From Gammaproteobacteria bacterium (GTDB lineage: Bacteria > Pseudomonadota > Gammaproteobacteria > Eutrophobiales > Eutrophobiaceae): a stretch of DNA of 64,000 bases. The stretch lies in assembly GCA_965222155.1 (NCBI GenBank), contig CBDCTH010000012.1, forward strand, positions 2,720,001 through 2,784,000. The letters run 5' to 3'. The position numbers and the translations under genes were made by a program. Positions 52,103 to 63,281 of the stretch are shown here, in pieces. Position 1 is the stretch's first letter. Each line of letters begins with the position of its first letter. The notes under the pieces are model-generated. The model was given only the letters and a program-made list of their open reading frames with translations, was not told where the DNA came from and did not search any database.

Positions 52103-54616
52103 ATGAACGGAGAACCGGTAAACAGCTACCATGGCGCGTTCAAACCCTTCAAGGGGTTTGTGCTTTCGTATACAGGTTCCCTGGTTGGCGCCATCGAAAT
52201 AGATGGCATCGATCCTGACGGGATGTCACAGAAAGACATGGAGGCATTCTCCATCGTCATCAGGAACCTGCTGAATATCCTGCCCCAGTCCATCGTTCTC
52301 CAACAATATTACGTTCATTACCGCGACCTGCAGATAACATTCGTACAGCGCAAAAACCCGGTGTGTAACGCGTTAAATCAATACCGGGCGGATTACCTTA
52401 ACAAGATGTGCCTGTCGGGAGCAAGGTGCGTCCTGTTCGTTGAGATGTATCCCGATAACCAGGGCCAATCCAGTCTGTCTTTGTTTATCCACCATTTGCT
52501 CCGGTATCTGCAAAGTGCAGTATCCAGGGACTACGTCAGGCGTTTTATCCTGTATGGGCCGGCCCGGTCTGCTTCAAAAAGCGCCCTGGAAAAGCTGGCG
52601 CTCGTCCTGGAAACTATGATCCGCGACATTATCAACTACTGTAGCGGCCTGTTTCAGACCCGGCAACTCGATCTCGATGAAACTTACCGGGTAATGAAAT
52701 TCCTGGCAACGATGGAGGTGAATTACCTGCACTCCGACCTGCAATGCCCGCAAATCATCGATACCGACCTGTCCGATGGACAAGTGGCGCCGGTAACGAT
52801 CAAGGGCATGGATCTATTGCGGTTACACAACCTGTACAAAACCTACGTGCGCGTCATGTCGGTGAAACAATTCAATTTCGACCGTTTCACCCCCGGCCTG
52901 TTTGCAAAAGGTCCAATCAAAACCTCTGGCAACTACGTATTGACTACCCGTTATAAAGGAATGAGTGAGACGTCAAAAACCCTGTTTTTTTTCAACCGCA
53001 AAAAAGAACTGGAAAGGGAGACGATCACGTTTACGGATTTTATCAAAGGGCTGGACGGCAGTACGGAAAAGGACCGGGATATGCGGGTCTTTCGCCCTTC
53101 GCTGATACGAAAATTTCAGGAACTGGATGAAGCGTCCTCACTGCAAGACGACCTTGGATTAGTCGCAACGCACGCGGTTGTTTTCGATAACGACATTACC
53201 GGGTTGGAGAAAACTACAGAACGACTGCAATCCGCCCTGCATCAGAATCAATTCAGTATCCTGTGGGAAACGGTGGCTCAGATAGACGTTTTCTTTGACC
53301 TGCAACCCTGTGCCGACCACCGCGGTAAGTTCTTCCGGGACATACCGCTGAACACGTCGCAATTTTCCACCCTCTCACTATTTTATAAATCCGCTCAAGG
53401 CACAAAAAGGGTCGAAGACCTTGGGAATGAAGAAGCACAATATATTTTTCTATCCTCGGACGATTCCCCTTATTATTTTTCGCCGTTCAACGGCGGGCGC
53501 GGTTTTCTGATTGGCGTGGGGCCGGTTCGAAGCGGAAAATCGTTTTTGCGCACCTGTACCGGGATTCACTGGCCCAAATACGGTGGCTTCTACCGGGCAA
53601 TCGATATCGACCCGGGTTCCGAGCCTATAGCCCATGCATTTGGCGCTGATGCCGGCATTATACGTTTCGACGGGGAGAATGAGCGCGGCTTCAATTTCTT
53701 TTCACAAGCCGACGGAGCGGAGGACTTGACCTTTATTTCACATTTGAATCAACAGCTCATGGCAATGATCGACAGCAACGACTCGGAAGAGTTGCGCCAC
53801 CTTTCCGGCCCTGATCAACTGGCCCTGGACCGGGCTGTAAAGCAGGTATTGGGGTTACCGCCACAGCTGCAAACGTTAACGACCCTGGTGAAACACTGCC
53901 CGGGTCCGGTACAAAGGAAATTAACCCGGTTTGTCGGCACGGGTCCCTATTCCAGGCTGTTCGACGCGCAACGTGACGCCATAGGGGCCATTGATAAGAA
54001 AGTAGCGATTTACAACCTGGCGGGTATCAATGACGACAACATCGCTAAACCGCTGGTGATGGCAGAGATAGCCTACAGGGTATTGCGTTTCTATGAAAAC
54101 CCTGAGTTCCGATTCTGCCCGAAATGGCTCGACGTGGACGAATGCCACCATATCCTGGCCAATCCCCGGCTGACCAAAACCATGCTGCTGGACAGGGTCC
54201 GCACCTGGGGCAAATTGCAGGCCGGTATCGGCATGTGGACCCAATCCGGCATTGAACTTGGCAACATCGAGAACTGGGAAGCGCTGCGTAGCGCCGCCTC
54301 AACCTTTATATTTACGGCCGACCCTGAGTTGAACAAAGACGCCTACCGGGCGATCTTCAATATGAAAGAAGGAGAAATGGAGACCATAAAAGGGTTGATC
54401 CCGAAAAAGGAATTTTACCTGATCCAGCGCGATCTGAACATCTCGAAAAAGTGCATCCTGAGCGTCGAACCGGAACAATACGTGCTGTCAACATCCAGGC
54501 CGGCGGAACAAGCAATATATTTTGACAACGTTGAACGTTACGGCTTCGATGTCGGCGTCAGGAAGACCATGATAGCGCTGGGTAAAGGAGGGAGTGCCAA
54601 TGAAAAGATATATTGA
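52103..54616 (+). CDS. virB4: VirB4/TrbE-family T4SS ATPase
   Basis: 837 aa; Walker A GPVRSGKS, DECHHIL, RTWGK..G...WTQS. Confidence 0.85.
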   Translation: MNGEPVNSYHGAFKPFKGFVLSYTGSLVGAIEIDGIDPDGMSQKDMEAFSIVIRNLLNILPQSIVLQQYYVHYRDLQITFVQRKNPVCNALNQYRADYLNKMCLSGARCVLFVEMYPDNQGQSSLSLFIHHLLRYLQSAVSRDYVRRFILYGPARSASKSALEKLALVLETMIRDIINYCSGLFQTRQLDLDETYRVMKFLATMEVNYLHSDLQCPQIIDTDLSDGQVAPVTIKGMDLLRLHNLYKTYVRVMSVKQFNFDRFTPGLFAKGPIKTSGNYVLTTRYKGMSETSKTLFFFNRKKELERETITFTDFIKGLDGSTEKDRDMRVFRPSLIRKFQELDEASSLQDDLGLVATHAVVFDNDITGLEKTTERLQSALHQNQFSILWETVAQIDVFFDLQPCADHRGKFFRDIPLNTSQFSTLSLFYKSAQGTKRVEDLGNEEAQYIFLSSDDSPYYFSPFNGGRGFLIGVGPVRSGKSFLRTCTGIHWPKYGGFYRAIDIDPGSEPIAHAFGADAGIIRFDGENERGFNFFSQADGAEDLTFISHLNQQLMAMIDSNDSEELRHLSGPDQLALDRAVKQVLGLPPQLQTLTTLVKHCPGPVQRKLTRFVGTGPYSRLFDAQRDAIGAIDKKVAIYNLAGINDDNIAKPLVMAEIAYRVLRFYENPEFRFCPKWLDVDECHHILANPRLTKTMLLDRVRTWGKLQAGIGMWTQSGIELGNIENWEALRSAASTFIFTADPELNKDAYRAIFNMKEGEMETIKGLIPKKEFYLIQRDLNISKKCILSVEPEQYVLSTSRPAEQAIYFDNVERYGFDVGVRKTMIALGKGGSANEKIY

Positions 54617-55634
54617 TCCATTATTGTTATACAAGCCTGCTCCTGGATTGGCGGCATATCTGGAGCCTGCCCAGGAGACGGAAGCTCATAAATATTGCAA
54701 ATCGGGGTGGAAATCCGGTGAATCAGGACACGGTCTCGGGCATAAACTAAACAGACAGGAGTCCGGTTTACGCCGCGCTGACGGGTGGCTTATACGCATC
54801 AGTCTGTGGCTGCTTGGCATCTCTCTTATCACCGGGGTTCATGCTGCAGGGATCCCGACGGTTGACGTCGGCGTGATAGCACAACAGATCCGCTCCTACC
54901 AGCAACAGTTAAGGGACTTTGAAACTCAACTGCAACAGGTGAGCCTCAACAGCGAACAGTTGACCACGCTCAACAAGCAGTTCAGTCAAACCCTGAGGGA
55001 ATACGATGACTACCTGCAGCAGGTCAAGGGTTTGCATCGGGTGATTTCACGAAGAGACTGGAATGGCCTGTTCCAGACACTCAGAAATCATTACGGCATC
55101 AGTCCCTATTCCCGCATAGCAACAGTCCACGGGGTCGGGGACATCGGCCGTCGCGCCATCGACTCAGAGGTGGGTAAACTTTATACCGTGCCGGCACAGG
55201 TTGACCAAGTGCGCCGCCAAATCGCAACAGTCGGTGTTGACCCTGAACCCTGGGTCATACAAGCGCAAAAACAAAGGACACGCTATGAGGCTTACAGGGA
55301 TCAGTTGGAACTGGCGAAAGACAGCAATCGGGAATTACTGGAACGCTATCGAAAGATCAGGATAACAAAAAATAATTTCAACCTGGGTGACAAAAGCGAC
55401 CTGAATGCATTGCAAACGGTGGTAACAAGTAATTTTCATATTATCGATGAATTGCAGGCCCTGAATAAAACCCAGAATCAACGCCTGCTGCATACCAACC
55501 ATGGGTATATCCAGGCATTATCCATGGCAGAGGCACAACGACAAGCTGAAGCAGAGCGACTGGAAAAAGTGGTAACCGGTGGGAATCCGTTGCGTTCCTT
55601 CCGTTGGAGTGATCTGAACATATCTCACAGGTGA
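54600..55634 (+). CDS. VirB5/TrbJ-like protein
   Basis: Signal-like segment ending VHA followed by GIPTVD and a Gln-rich coiled coil; position after virB4. Confidence 0.6.
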   Translation: MKRYIDPLLLYKPAPGLAAYLEPAQETEAHKYCKSGWKSGESGHGLGHKLNRQESGLRRADGWLIRISLWLLGISLITGVHAAGIPTVDVGVIAQQIRSYQQQLRDFETQLQQVSLNSEQLTTLNKQFSQTLREYDDYLQQVKGLHRVISRRDWNGLFQTLRNHYGISPYSRIATVHGVGDIGRRAIDSEVGKLYTVPAQVDQVRRQIATVGVDPEPWVIQAQKQRTRYEAYRDQLELAKDSNRELLERYRKIRITKNNFNLGDKSDLNALQTVVTSNFHIIDELQALNKTQNQRLLHTNHGYIQALSMAEAQRQAEAERLEKVVTGGNPLRSFRWSDLNISHR

Positions 55635-55779
55635 CGCCAGCAATTCAGTTTGGAGCATCGCACACTCTATTTGTCTCCGCCGTCATACCAACGCAACGAT
55701 AGTGGAAAGAGAACGGGATAAAACTGAGTGGCCTAGGGATACTGGAATAAACAGGACATTGAAAGGAGATCGGAACACC

Positions 55780-56763
55780 ATGACTAAGCGATTGATATCG
55801 GGTGTATTGTTATCTTTATCGGCGCCCGGGGTATTGGCGGCGCCGATCGATCCTGCCGGTTTCCTGGGGGTGTTTTTTAACAAGGCAAGCAGGTTGACCG
55901 ATCAGCTTATCGGTGTGTCAACTGAATTGTACCGGTTCTCCGAGCTTGAATGGACCACATTCGCTGTATTTGCCCTGGTAATTGTCCTGATCAAGTGGAC
56001 CACAGGCGCAGCCGCGGTAAAAGACGTGATTTTCATCGTCCTGATGATCCTTATCGCACAATCGTTGATGCAATCATACGATTATGTCCTGGCTGTCCTC
56101 TGGGAAATCACCACAGTTCTGTCTGATGATATCAACCGGAACACCTATCACGCCTTGAACCTGGAAGCATCGGGAATCGAATCAACGGGTGTCTTTCTGC
56201 TGGATATGATTAACCACATCATGGAACGCATCACGTTTAAACCAGTGTCCGCTAATTCCGGGCTCTTTTCCATGTTTACCAGTTTTGCCATCAGCATCCG
56301 CGACGGGATTTTTATGATCATATTCTTTCTCGTGCTGTTTACGGTTTTCTGCGTTTCCTGGACCATATCGGTTGTCGGTCTGTGGAGCCTGCTGCTCGGC
56401 AAAGTGTTGGGGCCGGTCTTTATTCCATTCCTTATTTTCAAACGCGCCAACTCGTATTTTGACAGTTGGGTGAACTTCATGTTGGGTTCCATGGCCTATT
56501 TCATTGTTGCACAAATCAACGTCGCGTTTACCACCTTGATCATTATCGAGCTGTTTAATTCGATCATTACCGCAGGAGAAATATTGACCCTGGCCCCGGA
56601 TGATTTTCTTAAACTGCTCAACTATTCAGGATTGTTGGTCGTGGCGATATTCGCGATGTTCAGGACCGACCGGGTGGTGAGCGACTTAATCCAGGGAGGC
56701 GCAAGCGCATCGGGAGCGATCAACCACGCAGCCTCCATGCTGTCCACAAGATTGTTGAGATGA
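55780..56763 (+). CDS. virB6: VirB6/TrbL-like polytopic membrane protein
   Basis: Several TM helices; LGPVFIPFLIF..YFDSW motif. Confidence 0.72.
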   Translation: MTKRLISGVLLSLSAPGVLAAPIDPAGFLGVFFNKASRLTDQLIGVSTELYRFSELEWTTFAVFALVIVLIKWTTGAAAVKDVIFIVLMILIAQSLMQSYDYVLAVLWEITTVLSDDINRNTYHALNLEASGIESTGVFLLDMINHIMERITFKPVSANSGLFSMFTSFAISIRDGIFMIIFFLVLFTVFCVSWTISVVGLWSLLLGKVLGPVFIPFLIFKRANSYFDSWVNFMLGSMAYFIVAQINVAFTTLIIIELFNSIITAGEILTLAPDDFLKLLNYSGLLVVAIFAMFRTDRVVSDLIQGGASASGAINHAASMLSTRLLR

Positions 56764-56767
56764 GACC

Positions 56768-57508
56768 ATGGAGATGACGGCAAAGACCATAGGAACCATG
56801 CCGGACGGATTGGTGGAACAACTCAATCCCGACAACGTCCCGGGGCTGGTGGTTACCAACAACAGGTTGCTGGTCAGCAACCTCGTCTTATTACTGGCGT
56901 TTATCTGTGCCGTCAGTTACGGCATTGCCGCAACATACATGGCAAAGCACAATGAAAAACTCATCTATGTCAAACTGGCGCCGGACGGCACCTGGTTCAT
57001 CGATGCCCAATTCGCGCATAAAGACGAAACGGACTTTTTCCCTGCCACTATTGATCACCTGTTGAGCAGCTACGTAACGCGCCGGTTCCGCGAAGACCCC
57101 GCCACCATAAGGAATGACTATGGCTATGCACTGGTGTTGATGGACACGAGATTGGCGAAGTATTTTAAGTCACCCTCGGGTTTTGATGCCGCAAGCAAAG
57201 CAGCCAGGACCAGGGCTTGCCCAGGTTGCAGCATCAAAGAAGTGGAGGTAAGGAACATCTACCACTTCGACATAGACCGCCTGGCCGACGGTAATCCGGA
57301 TGACACCACCTACAGGACCAATGTGTACATCAACGAGTTGCTCCGGTCGGCCACGGATAACACGGTACTGAATACCAAGAGGGCTATTATCACGTTGCGC
57401 TGGCGCCTCACGCCCAAATCGACACTATCCAGGGAAAGAAACGTACTCATGGCCAACCCCATCGGTCTGAAAATTATTGAGGAGAAAGTACTCGATGACC
57501 CGGCTTAG
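56768..57508 (+). CDS. virB8: VirB8/TrbF-like protein
   Basis: One N-proximal TM, YVTRRF, C-terminal NPIGLKI motif. Confidence 0.75.
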   Translation: MEMTAKTIGTMPDGLVEQLNPDNVPGLVVTNNRLLVSNLVLLLAFICAVSYGIAATYMAKHNEKLIYVKLAPDGTWFIDAQFAHKDETDFFPATIDHLLSSYVTRRFREDPATIRNDYGYALVLMDTRLAKYFKSPSGFDAASKAARTRACPGCSIKEVEVRNIYHFDIDRLADGNPDDTTYRTNVYINELLRSATDNTVLNTKRAIITLRWRLTPKSTLSRERNVLMANPIGLKIIEEKVLDDPA

Positions 57509-58319
57509 TTTTATTTTATTACTGATTGTCATCACCGTGAACGGCTATGCCGAAGGAGAGCAGTGCCGCCTCATCAGTTATGAAAAACATAAATTCGTTC
57601 GCATCAAATCCAGGCTGCACCACGGTACCCACATTGAACTGCCGGAGATTCTGATAGCCAGGCCGGTCACGGGAAACCGGGACTTGTGGGACGTGGAAGG
57701 CGAAAATCGGCACATCTTCGTCAAACCGAATGATCCCGGGACAAAAGAAGGCAGCAGTACGACCATTACCGCGGTCTCCCAAAGCAACCGGGCCTACCAT
57801 TTTCTGGTGGAACGTTCGGACAATGATTTCGACCTGTGCGTGATCATTACCCCTGACAGCGGGTTTTTGCCTGAAGGCGCATTTTCCGGTTTTACCCGGC
57901 GCAACGGCGAGCAGACAGCATTGTACCAGGAACAACTGAACACGCTGCAGCTCCGGTTGAACGAGGAAGAGCAGGCAACAGCAGAAAAGGTGAGCGCTGC
58001 GATAGATGAGTACAGGACACAATTGTTTACCGACTACCGTTGGAAAGGCGGGCGTTCGCCTTATGGGAAAGATCTGGTTACCGACGTCTACGATGACGGC
58101 AGGTTTACCTATATTCGGGTACGGCACAACCTGGATGGCGTCATGTCGCTGTTTGCCGACAACAACGGGAAAGAGCAGTTCATCGACTACAAATACGACG
58201 AGGACAAACGCATCTACATTGTGACCGGAATTTACAACCGTATCTATATGAAAGCGGATGCAAAAACGCAGATCGTCATCACCCGGCGCGGGAGTTCCCG
58301 ATCACAACGGGATTTATAG
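57495..58319 (+). CDS. virB9: VirB9/TrbG-like protein
   Basis: Signal peptide, HIFVKP, DY.W..VYDDGRFTYI motif. Confidence 0.8.
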   Translation: MTRLSFILLLIVITVNGYAEGEQCRLISYEKHKFVRIKSRLHHGTHIELPEILIARPVTGNRDLWDVEGENRHIFVKPNDPGTKEGSSTTITAVSQSNRAYHFLVERSDNDFDLCVIITPDSGFLPEGAFSGFTRRNGEQTALYQEQLNTLQLRLNEEEQATAEKVSAAIDEYRTQLFTDYRWKGGRSPYGKDLVTDVYDDGRFTYIRVRHNLDGVMSLFADNNGKEQFIDYKYDEDKRIYIVTGIYNRIYMKADAKTQIVITRRGSSRSQRDL

Positions 58320-58322
58320 ACG

Positions 58323-59621
58323 ATGACGACAAATGTTAACGAAATCAACCAGGTCGAAGAACAACCGGCGACCTACAACAAGAATTTCCAGATCATGCTG
58401 ATTGCCGGGCTGGTGTTTGTCGTCGTGGTCATGGTTTACGCGTCCTTGTTCCGAACCGGTCCCGGGGACAAGAAAATAGAAGAGCAAGTGCAACGGGAAA
58501 TCAGGAAGCAAACGCTCTCTGATCCGGAGCAGGAATTCCGCGAACAGATAAAAAGTCAGGAACAACGCCTGCAAAAACAAAGAACGCAAGACCTCTCTGA
58601 GCAACGAGAATATGCCGATGAAAAAACCGACGAACTGTTGCAAAACAATGAACAGGTATTGCAGGAAATGTTAACCGGGACAAAATCACCCGTAGAAGCC
58701 TGGAATGAGACTGAGACCGTCCGGGTGCGCCAATCAAGACAGACTGAGTTCAATTTTGGGTTTTTCGGCGGTTTGACGGATACATTACAGCAGTCCACAG
58801 AGCGGCTGGATGACGGGTTCCTGGGACAGGAGCAGACAATCCTGGCAGAACTGCGACAACGCGCAACTCAGTATCCGAACCTGTCTGTTACACCAACCGA
58901 TTTCACCCCTGGGACTGACCCGTTATCGGAACTGCTGACCCGGGAAGACCCGACGCCTGAAACAGCACGCCATTTTAATCTGGCAGGTTATCCGGAATCT
59001 GATCTTAGCCAGCCGCCAGGTGATGAATTCAAACTATTGTCTATCGGTTCGATCATGCAGGCAAAGCTGGACCAGAAAGTCATATCCGATTACGCCGGCC
59101 CGTATCGGTGCAGGATTGAACAGAACGTAATGGATGTCACGCAGAAACATGTGTTAATCCCGGCCGGCTCCCTGTGTACGGGTCAAGTGTTGCAGACCGG
59201 CTCCGGCCATCCCAACCGTATTATCAACAACAGGATGGCTCTGTCCATGCGCTGGATAATCAGGCCGGACGGCGCCAAGATAAAATTTATCAGTCAAGCC
59301 CTCGACCACGAGGGAATCGGCGCCCTGAAAGGAGAAACCGACTATCACTTCCTGGCTCGCTTCGGTGGCACAGCGGCTTTTGCCTTGTTATCCAGCGAAA
59401 CCTCAAGGGCGGACTACAGTAACGACGGCTCCGGCGCAACATTTGAGTCAGACCTGGGTCAGGCCTTGCGTGACGCCGGCGCCGACCTGACTGCGCCATA
59501 TGCCGGCTTGGTGCCGACGCAGACTTTGAATTATGGCCAGAAGCTAAGGCTCTTCGTCTCTGAGGATATGTATATCACGCCCTGGAGAGACGTGTATCAA
59601 CGCCTGCTGAGTCAACGGTAA
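58323..59621 (+). CDS. virB10: VirB10/TrbI-like protein
   Basis: N-terminal TM, coiled coil, GSIMQAKL..ISDYAG, VLIPAGS, G.GALKGETDYHF..RFG. Confidence 0.82.
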   Translation: MTTNVNEINQVEEQPATYNKNFQIMLIAGLVFVVVVMVYASLFRTGPGDKKIEEQVQREIRKQTLSDPEQEFREQIKSQEQRLQKQRTQDLSEQREYADEKTDELLQNNEQVLQEMLTGTKSPVEAWNETETVRVRQSRQTEFNFGFFGGLTDTLQQSTERLDDGFLGQEQTILAELRQRATQYPNLSVTPTDFTPGTDPLSELLTREDPTPETARHFNLAGYPESDLSQPPGDEFKLLSIGSIMQAKLDQKVISDYAGPYRCRIEQNVMDVTQKHVLIPAGSLCTGQVLQTGSGHPNRIINNRMALSMRWIIRPDGAKIKFISQALDHEGIGALKGETDYHFLARFGGTAAFALLSSETSRADYSNDGSGATFESDLGQALRDAGADLTAPYAGLVPTQTLNYGQKLRLFVSEDMYITPWRDVYQRLLSQR

Positions 59622-59629
59622 CGAGTCCT

Positions 59630-60547
59630 GTGATGAAAAAAGTGAAGACGCTGCGATCAACCAGGCCCTGCTGCACGGTGTCTGTTGCCTGTTCCCTGCT
59701 GGTTTTGCTCAGTGGATGTTCATGGATCCGGACACTGGAAGATAACTTCAGATTTTCATTCCAACGTACGGATTCGTTGATAACGGCCTTGCCTACCGTG
59801 GAGGTACCGGTACGAATGCTCTATCCAAATAGGACGAAGACGGTTGAGGAGGCCATCAGCTATATGCTGGAACCGCATTCCTACCGTCCGGCATTTCGAC
59901 ATACAACAGGTGACACTATCGCTGAACGTAGCTTCATCAATAATTTCAACAATGATCCTGTGCCTTTATACGTCGCGATAGAACGTCTGATGGGGCGGGA
60001 CAGCCAAATCATACTGGACAAGAACAGGAAGTTGTATACGTTTCGGGCAAGAAAACCAGACGAAGCGAGTATTACCTTTGCTGATTTAACTACTACACCC
60101 GTCGCGACTACGATTAATGAGTTGGCAAGTAACACAGCAACGCTACCAGAACAACCTGATGGGATTGTTCATGATCTTGGGGAGAACCCGTCACTTGTTA
60201 ACAAAACGGCGGCGTTGATCACTGACGATTACTTGCCCGACAGGCCGGAAGGTGAAGAAATACCTGCTGAAACCGGGGAATTCTGTAATTCCATTCATTT
60301 AAGGAGTCAGTCTATGTTATCCGCTTCAGTTCAGGATTATTTCTTGCGCTGCGGCTTCGACAAGGTTTTCTGGAGTCTCGGTGAGCCTGGCAGATATGCA
60401 GATTACCGGCTGCTCCAGAATATCAACCTGCCTTTGCCCGAACGCCACCAGGACCTGATCGAATTCCTGCAATCCCGTTTCGGGATTAAAACCCTTATCC
60501 ATGATAACAACCGGGTCGAATTCTACGATGAAAATAGTTCGTTTTAA
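59630..60547 (+). CDS. PilL/TcpQ-like lipoprotein (type IVb pilus)
   Basis: Lipobox LSGC; P..KTVEEAISYML (PilL-like); C-terminal TcpQ-like GF..VFW....DYRL. Confidence 0.55.
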   Translation: MMKKVKTLRSTRPCCTVSVACSLLVLLSGCSWIRTLEDNFRFSFQRTDSLITALPTVEVPVRMLYPNRTKTVEEAISYMLEPHSYRPAFRHTTGDTIAERSFINNFNNDPVPLYVAIERLMGRDSQIILDKNRKLYTFRARKPDEASITFADLTTTPVATTINELASNTATLPEQPDGIVHDLGENPSLVNKTAALITDDYLPDRPEGEEIPAETGEFCNSIHLRSQSMLSASVQDYFLRCGFDKVFWSLGEPGRYADYRLLQNINLPLPERHQDLIEFLQSRFGIKTLIHDNNRVEFYDENSSF

Positions 60548-62111
60548 AAAACCGCTCTGCAATTCTTACGCATGCCTGCGCGCGTTACTTACGACATGCA
60601 GGCTTCTGAGTGTGTTGTCCGTACTGGTCACGGTGGCCTGTAGTGAAAATATAAAACAGCGCGAACAAGAAATCAGTGATGCCAGGGAACGTCACAGACA
60701 GATCCTGGAGGAGCAACAAACAGTACGGGCAATCAATACCCGGGCCAAACGCGTTGATGTGCCGAAGGAAAAAGCCTGGTTTTACCAACCTTACCGGGCC
60801 ACTTACAAAAACCAGGGACTACGGGAGACACTGGAACGACTCACACCGGGTTACCCCATCGCTTACGCGCTACCCGAAAAATACAACCCCAGGATCAGTT
60901 CCACCCCTGATGCCGCCACCGTGGAAGACCACCTGAATGCCATTACTCTGCAAGCCAATGTCGGCTACGAATTCCACCAGGGCATTTTGTTGATCACGCC
61001 GATGGTCACGAAAAAATATGAAGTCCCGCTGTACGGTGGTGGCAACAACATCATCAATCTCAGCAGTAACAACCTGGGCAGCGCGCAGAACAAAGCCAGC
61101 GGGTTTGAAAACAACATCACCAGCCAGTTGTCCGCGGAGAACGACATCCATCAGTTGGTCAATACCGCTCTGGGGATTCAATACTGTGAACATGACACAG
61201 ATAAAGAACGAGACAAGACAAACGCGCTGGCTACCTACACCTATAACGACAAGGAATGTTACAGCATCAGTTCGACCGCCAACCTGCTTTCCATTACGGC
61301 CAGACCTCAACGGATTGTCATGTTTGACGAAGCCTATGAGAAGTGGCTGCAAACTGTCACCAGACAAGCCAATATTAAAATCACAGTGGTGCGATTGGAC
61401 GTGACTGACCTGGCGCAGCAACACGTAGACCTGTCCCTGATTCGCAATGCCAGCATCGCTGCCAATATCAGTAACCTGACCCAGGATCTGACCAGCAGCA
61501 AACTCAATGCCGGCGGCGGCGTATTCAGCCTTAAAATCGATGATCCGGGCAGTCCGTGGAACACATCGGAAATAATACTCAAGGCGCTGGCGCAGGTGGG
61601 CAATATTTCGATTGACGACACAAAAGAAGTTCTGGTTTACAACAATCGCCTGGTGACCATCCGGAATTACCGCATACACCGCTATGTTGAACAAACCAGC
61701 ATTCAACAAACCGACTCCGGCGGCACCAGCCTGTCCACGCCCACAGTGGAAATCGGCGAGTTGGAAACCGGTCAGGCCATTAACATCCTCCCTACCCTGA
61801 CCAATGATTTGATTGCCCTGCACATCGTGATAAACGAGGCAAAAATAGACTCGCTCGATACCTATGATATTGCCGGCACGTCCGGTGTGCTGCCGACAAG
61901 CTCCGGCAATGACAACATTTTCGATGTCACCATAGAGGACAACGAAACTGTGCTGCTGGCATCAACTCACCGCGAAGAAGTCGAAGTCAAGACTGACCGC
62001 TCCGGCTTGTTGCCCGTCTGGCCGTTCAACCGATTGACGGGAAATTCCGAATCCGGCGGCAAGCGCCTGACCCAGACACTGTTTTTAATCCATGGAGCCT
62101 TCAAATTATGA
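60528..62111 (+). CDS. Lipoprotein secretin, PilN/BfpB-like
   Basis: Lipobox VAC; LKALAQVGNIS, ETGQAINILP, ETVLLA secretin-domain motifs. Confidence 0.75.
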   Translation: MKIVRFKKPLCNSYACLRALLTTCRLLSVLSVLVTVACSENIKQREQEISDARERHRQILEEQQTVRAINTRAKRVDVPKEKAWFYQPYRATYKNQGLRETLERLTPGYPIAYALPEKYNPRISSTPDAATVEDHLNAITLQANVGYEFHQGILLITPMVTKKYEVPLYGGGNNIINLSSNNLGSAQNKASGFENNITSQLSAENDIHQLVNTALGIQYCEHDTDKERDKTNALATYTYNDKECYSISSTANLLSITARPQRIVMFDEAYEKWLQTVTRQANIKITVVRLDVTDLAQQHVDLSLIRNASIAANISNLTQDLTSSKLNAGGGVFSLKIDDPGSPWNTSEIILKALAQVGNISIDDTKEVLVYNNRLVTIRNYRIHRYVEQTSIQQTDSGGTSLSTPTVEIGELETGQAINILPTLTNDLIALHIVINEAKIDSLDTYDIAGTSGVLPTSSGNDNIFDVTIEDNETVLLASTHREEVEVKTDRSGLLPVWPFNRLTGNSESGGKRLTQTLFLIHGAFKL

Positions 62112-63280
62112 TTGAGACAATCAACATCGGCGAACGCGAAATTGAGCTGTGCATCAACGCAGAAAGCCAAACCCTACCCGAAGAACGGCGGCCCTGGTTG
62201 TATGTGAATAAACTGCTCAGCGCAGTAAAGAAAAAATACTACCTGGAATCCGAAGGATTCATTTTTCTTGATGAAGGAAAGGCCATCTCCATCACCGCAC
62301 AGATTGTCAAATGGATTCATACAGACATTCGTCCCGGCAGACACTACATTTTTTTGCCATTCGACAACATCGTCTATATGGCGACAATCCGGGTACAAGA
62401 AGACTATATCCTGGTGGAAAAGGAAGATTTGCTGCCATTTGAAGACTGTGTGCAGTTGATCCGAAACAACCCGCTGGAATGCCAGGTGGCTGAATTGGGA
62501 AAGCTGAGCAACGCCTTCACACAACACAACATAGCGCTTAAAGACCTGTATATCAATCTTGACCCGGGAAAAAATAATCCCTACCTGCTGAGACGCGGCT
62601 ACAACCTGGCTGAACTTTCCCTTCTGACAATGGTTCCCTTCATCGGGGCGGGTTTAATCTTCATGCTCTCCTTCACAATCACTGTCAAAGACATAGAAGA
62701 AGCAACAATAAAACCGCTGCCGACCAAACCAAAAAGCACAATTCAAATTGATACGGACCTGGGTGCTGTCATGATGTTGCTTACCGAGTTCTCGGTGTTA
62801 CTGGCCTATAACCTGGAAAATATTCACATAAAGAAGACCGCGAAAGGCTACAACACCAGCGCAAGCGGTCGCTATGATCAATCATTCTCGCTGGCCCGCT
62901 TGAACCGGATCGCGCAGGAACTGGAAGGCAGTTTCTACCTGCAAAAAAACAGTTGGACGCTGAATTCGTCTCTATTCAAACCTGCGGCGGGGGAGACTGT
63001 CGAATTAGTGCCGTTAACGGTCAGCTTTGAGAATTACCGACAATTTGCCATTTCCAGCCATGCACGATTTTCCGTTATCAGTTCCCGTCAAAAACGGGAT
63101 ACGGCACAAGGCTTAATCGAGTTGGTCTTCGATTACCCGAACAGTTCTGCCCTGCAGCAATCAGTTCAACGACTACAGCAAATGGCGCTGCACGGTTACA
63201 TACAAGACATCGACATTACTACCCAAAAGAATGCGGGTTGGAAAAACCTGAGGCTCATCATTGAAATCACCGGAACCTGA
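62108..63280 (+). CDS. Hypothetical bitopic membrane protein, PilO-like by position
   Basis: Central TM helix; coupled to the secretin gene. Confidence 0.45.
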   Translation: MIETINIGEREIELCINAESQTLPEERRPWLYVNKLLSAVKKKYYLESEGFIFLDEGKAISITAQIVKWIHTDIRPGRHYIFLPFDNIVYMATIRVQEDYILVEKEDLLPFEDCVQLIRNNPLECQVAELGKLSNAFTQHNIALKDLYINLDPGKNNPYLLRRGYNLAELSLLTMVPFIGAGLIFMLSFTITVKDIEEATIKPLPTKPKSTIQIDTDLGAVMMLLTEFSVLLAYNLENIHIKKTAKGYNTSASGRYDQSFSLARLNRIAQELEGSFYLQKNSWTLNSSLFKPAAGETVELVPLTVSFENYRQFAISSHARFSVISSRQKRDTAQGLIELVFDYPNSSALQQSVQRLQQMALHGYIQDIDITTQKNAGWKNLRLIIEITGT

Positions 63281-63281
63281 T

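Noticed and set aside
60528-62111. Type II or type III secretion system secretin
   Set aside because: Lipoprotein signal and a neighbouring PilL/TcpQ-like gene fit type IVb pilus secretins; no gsp or sct genes in the window.
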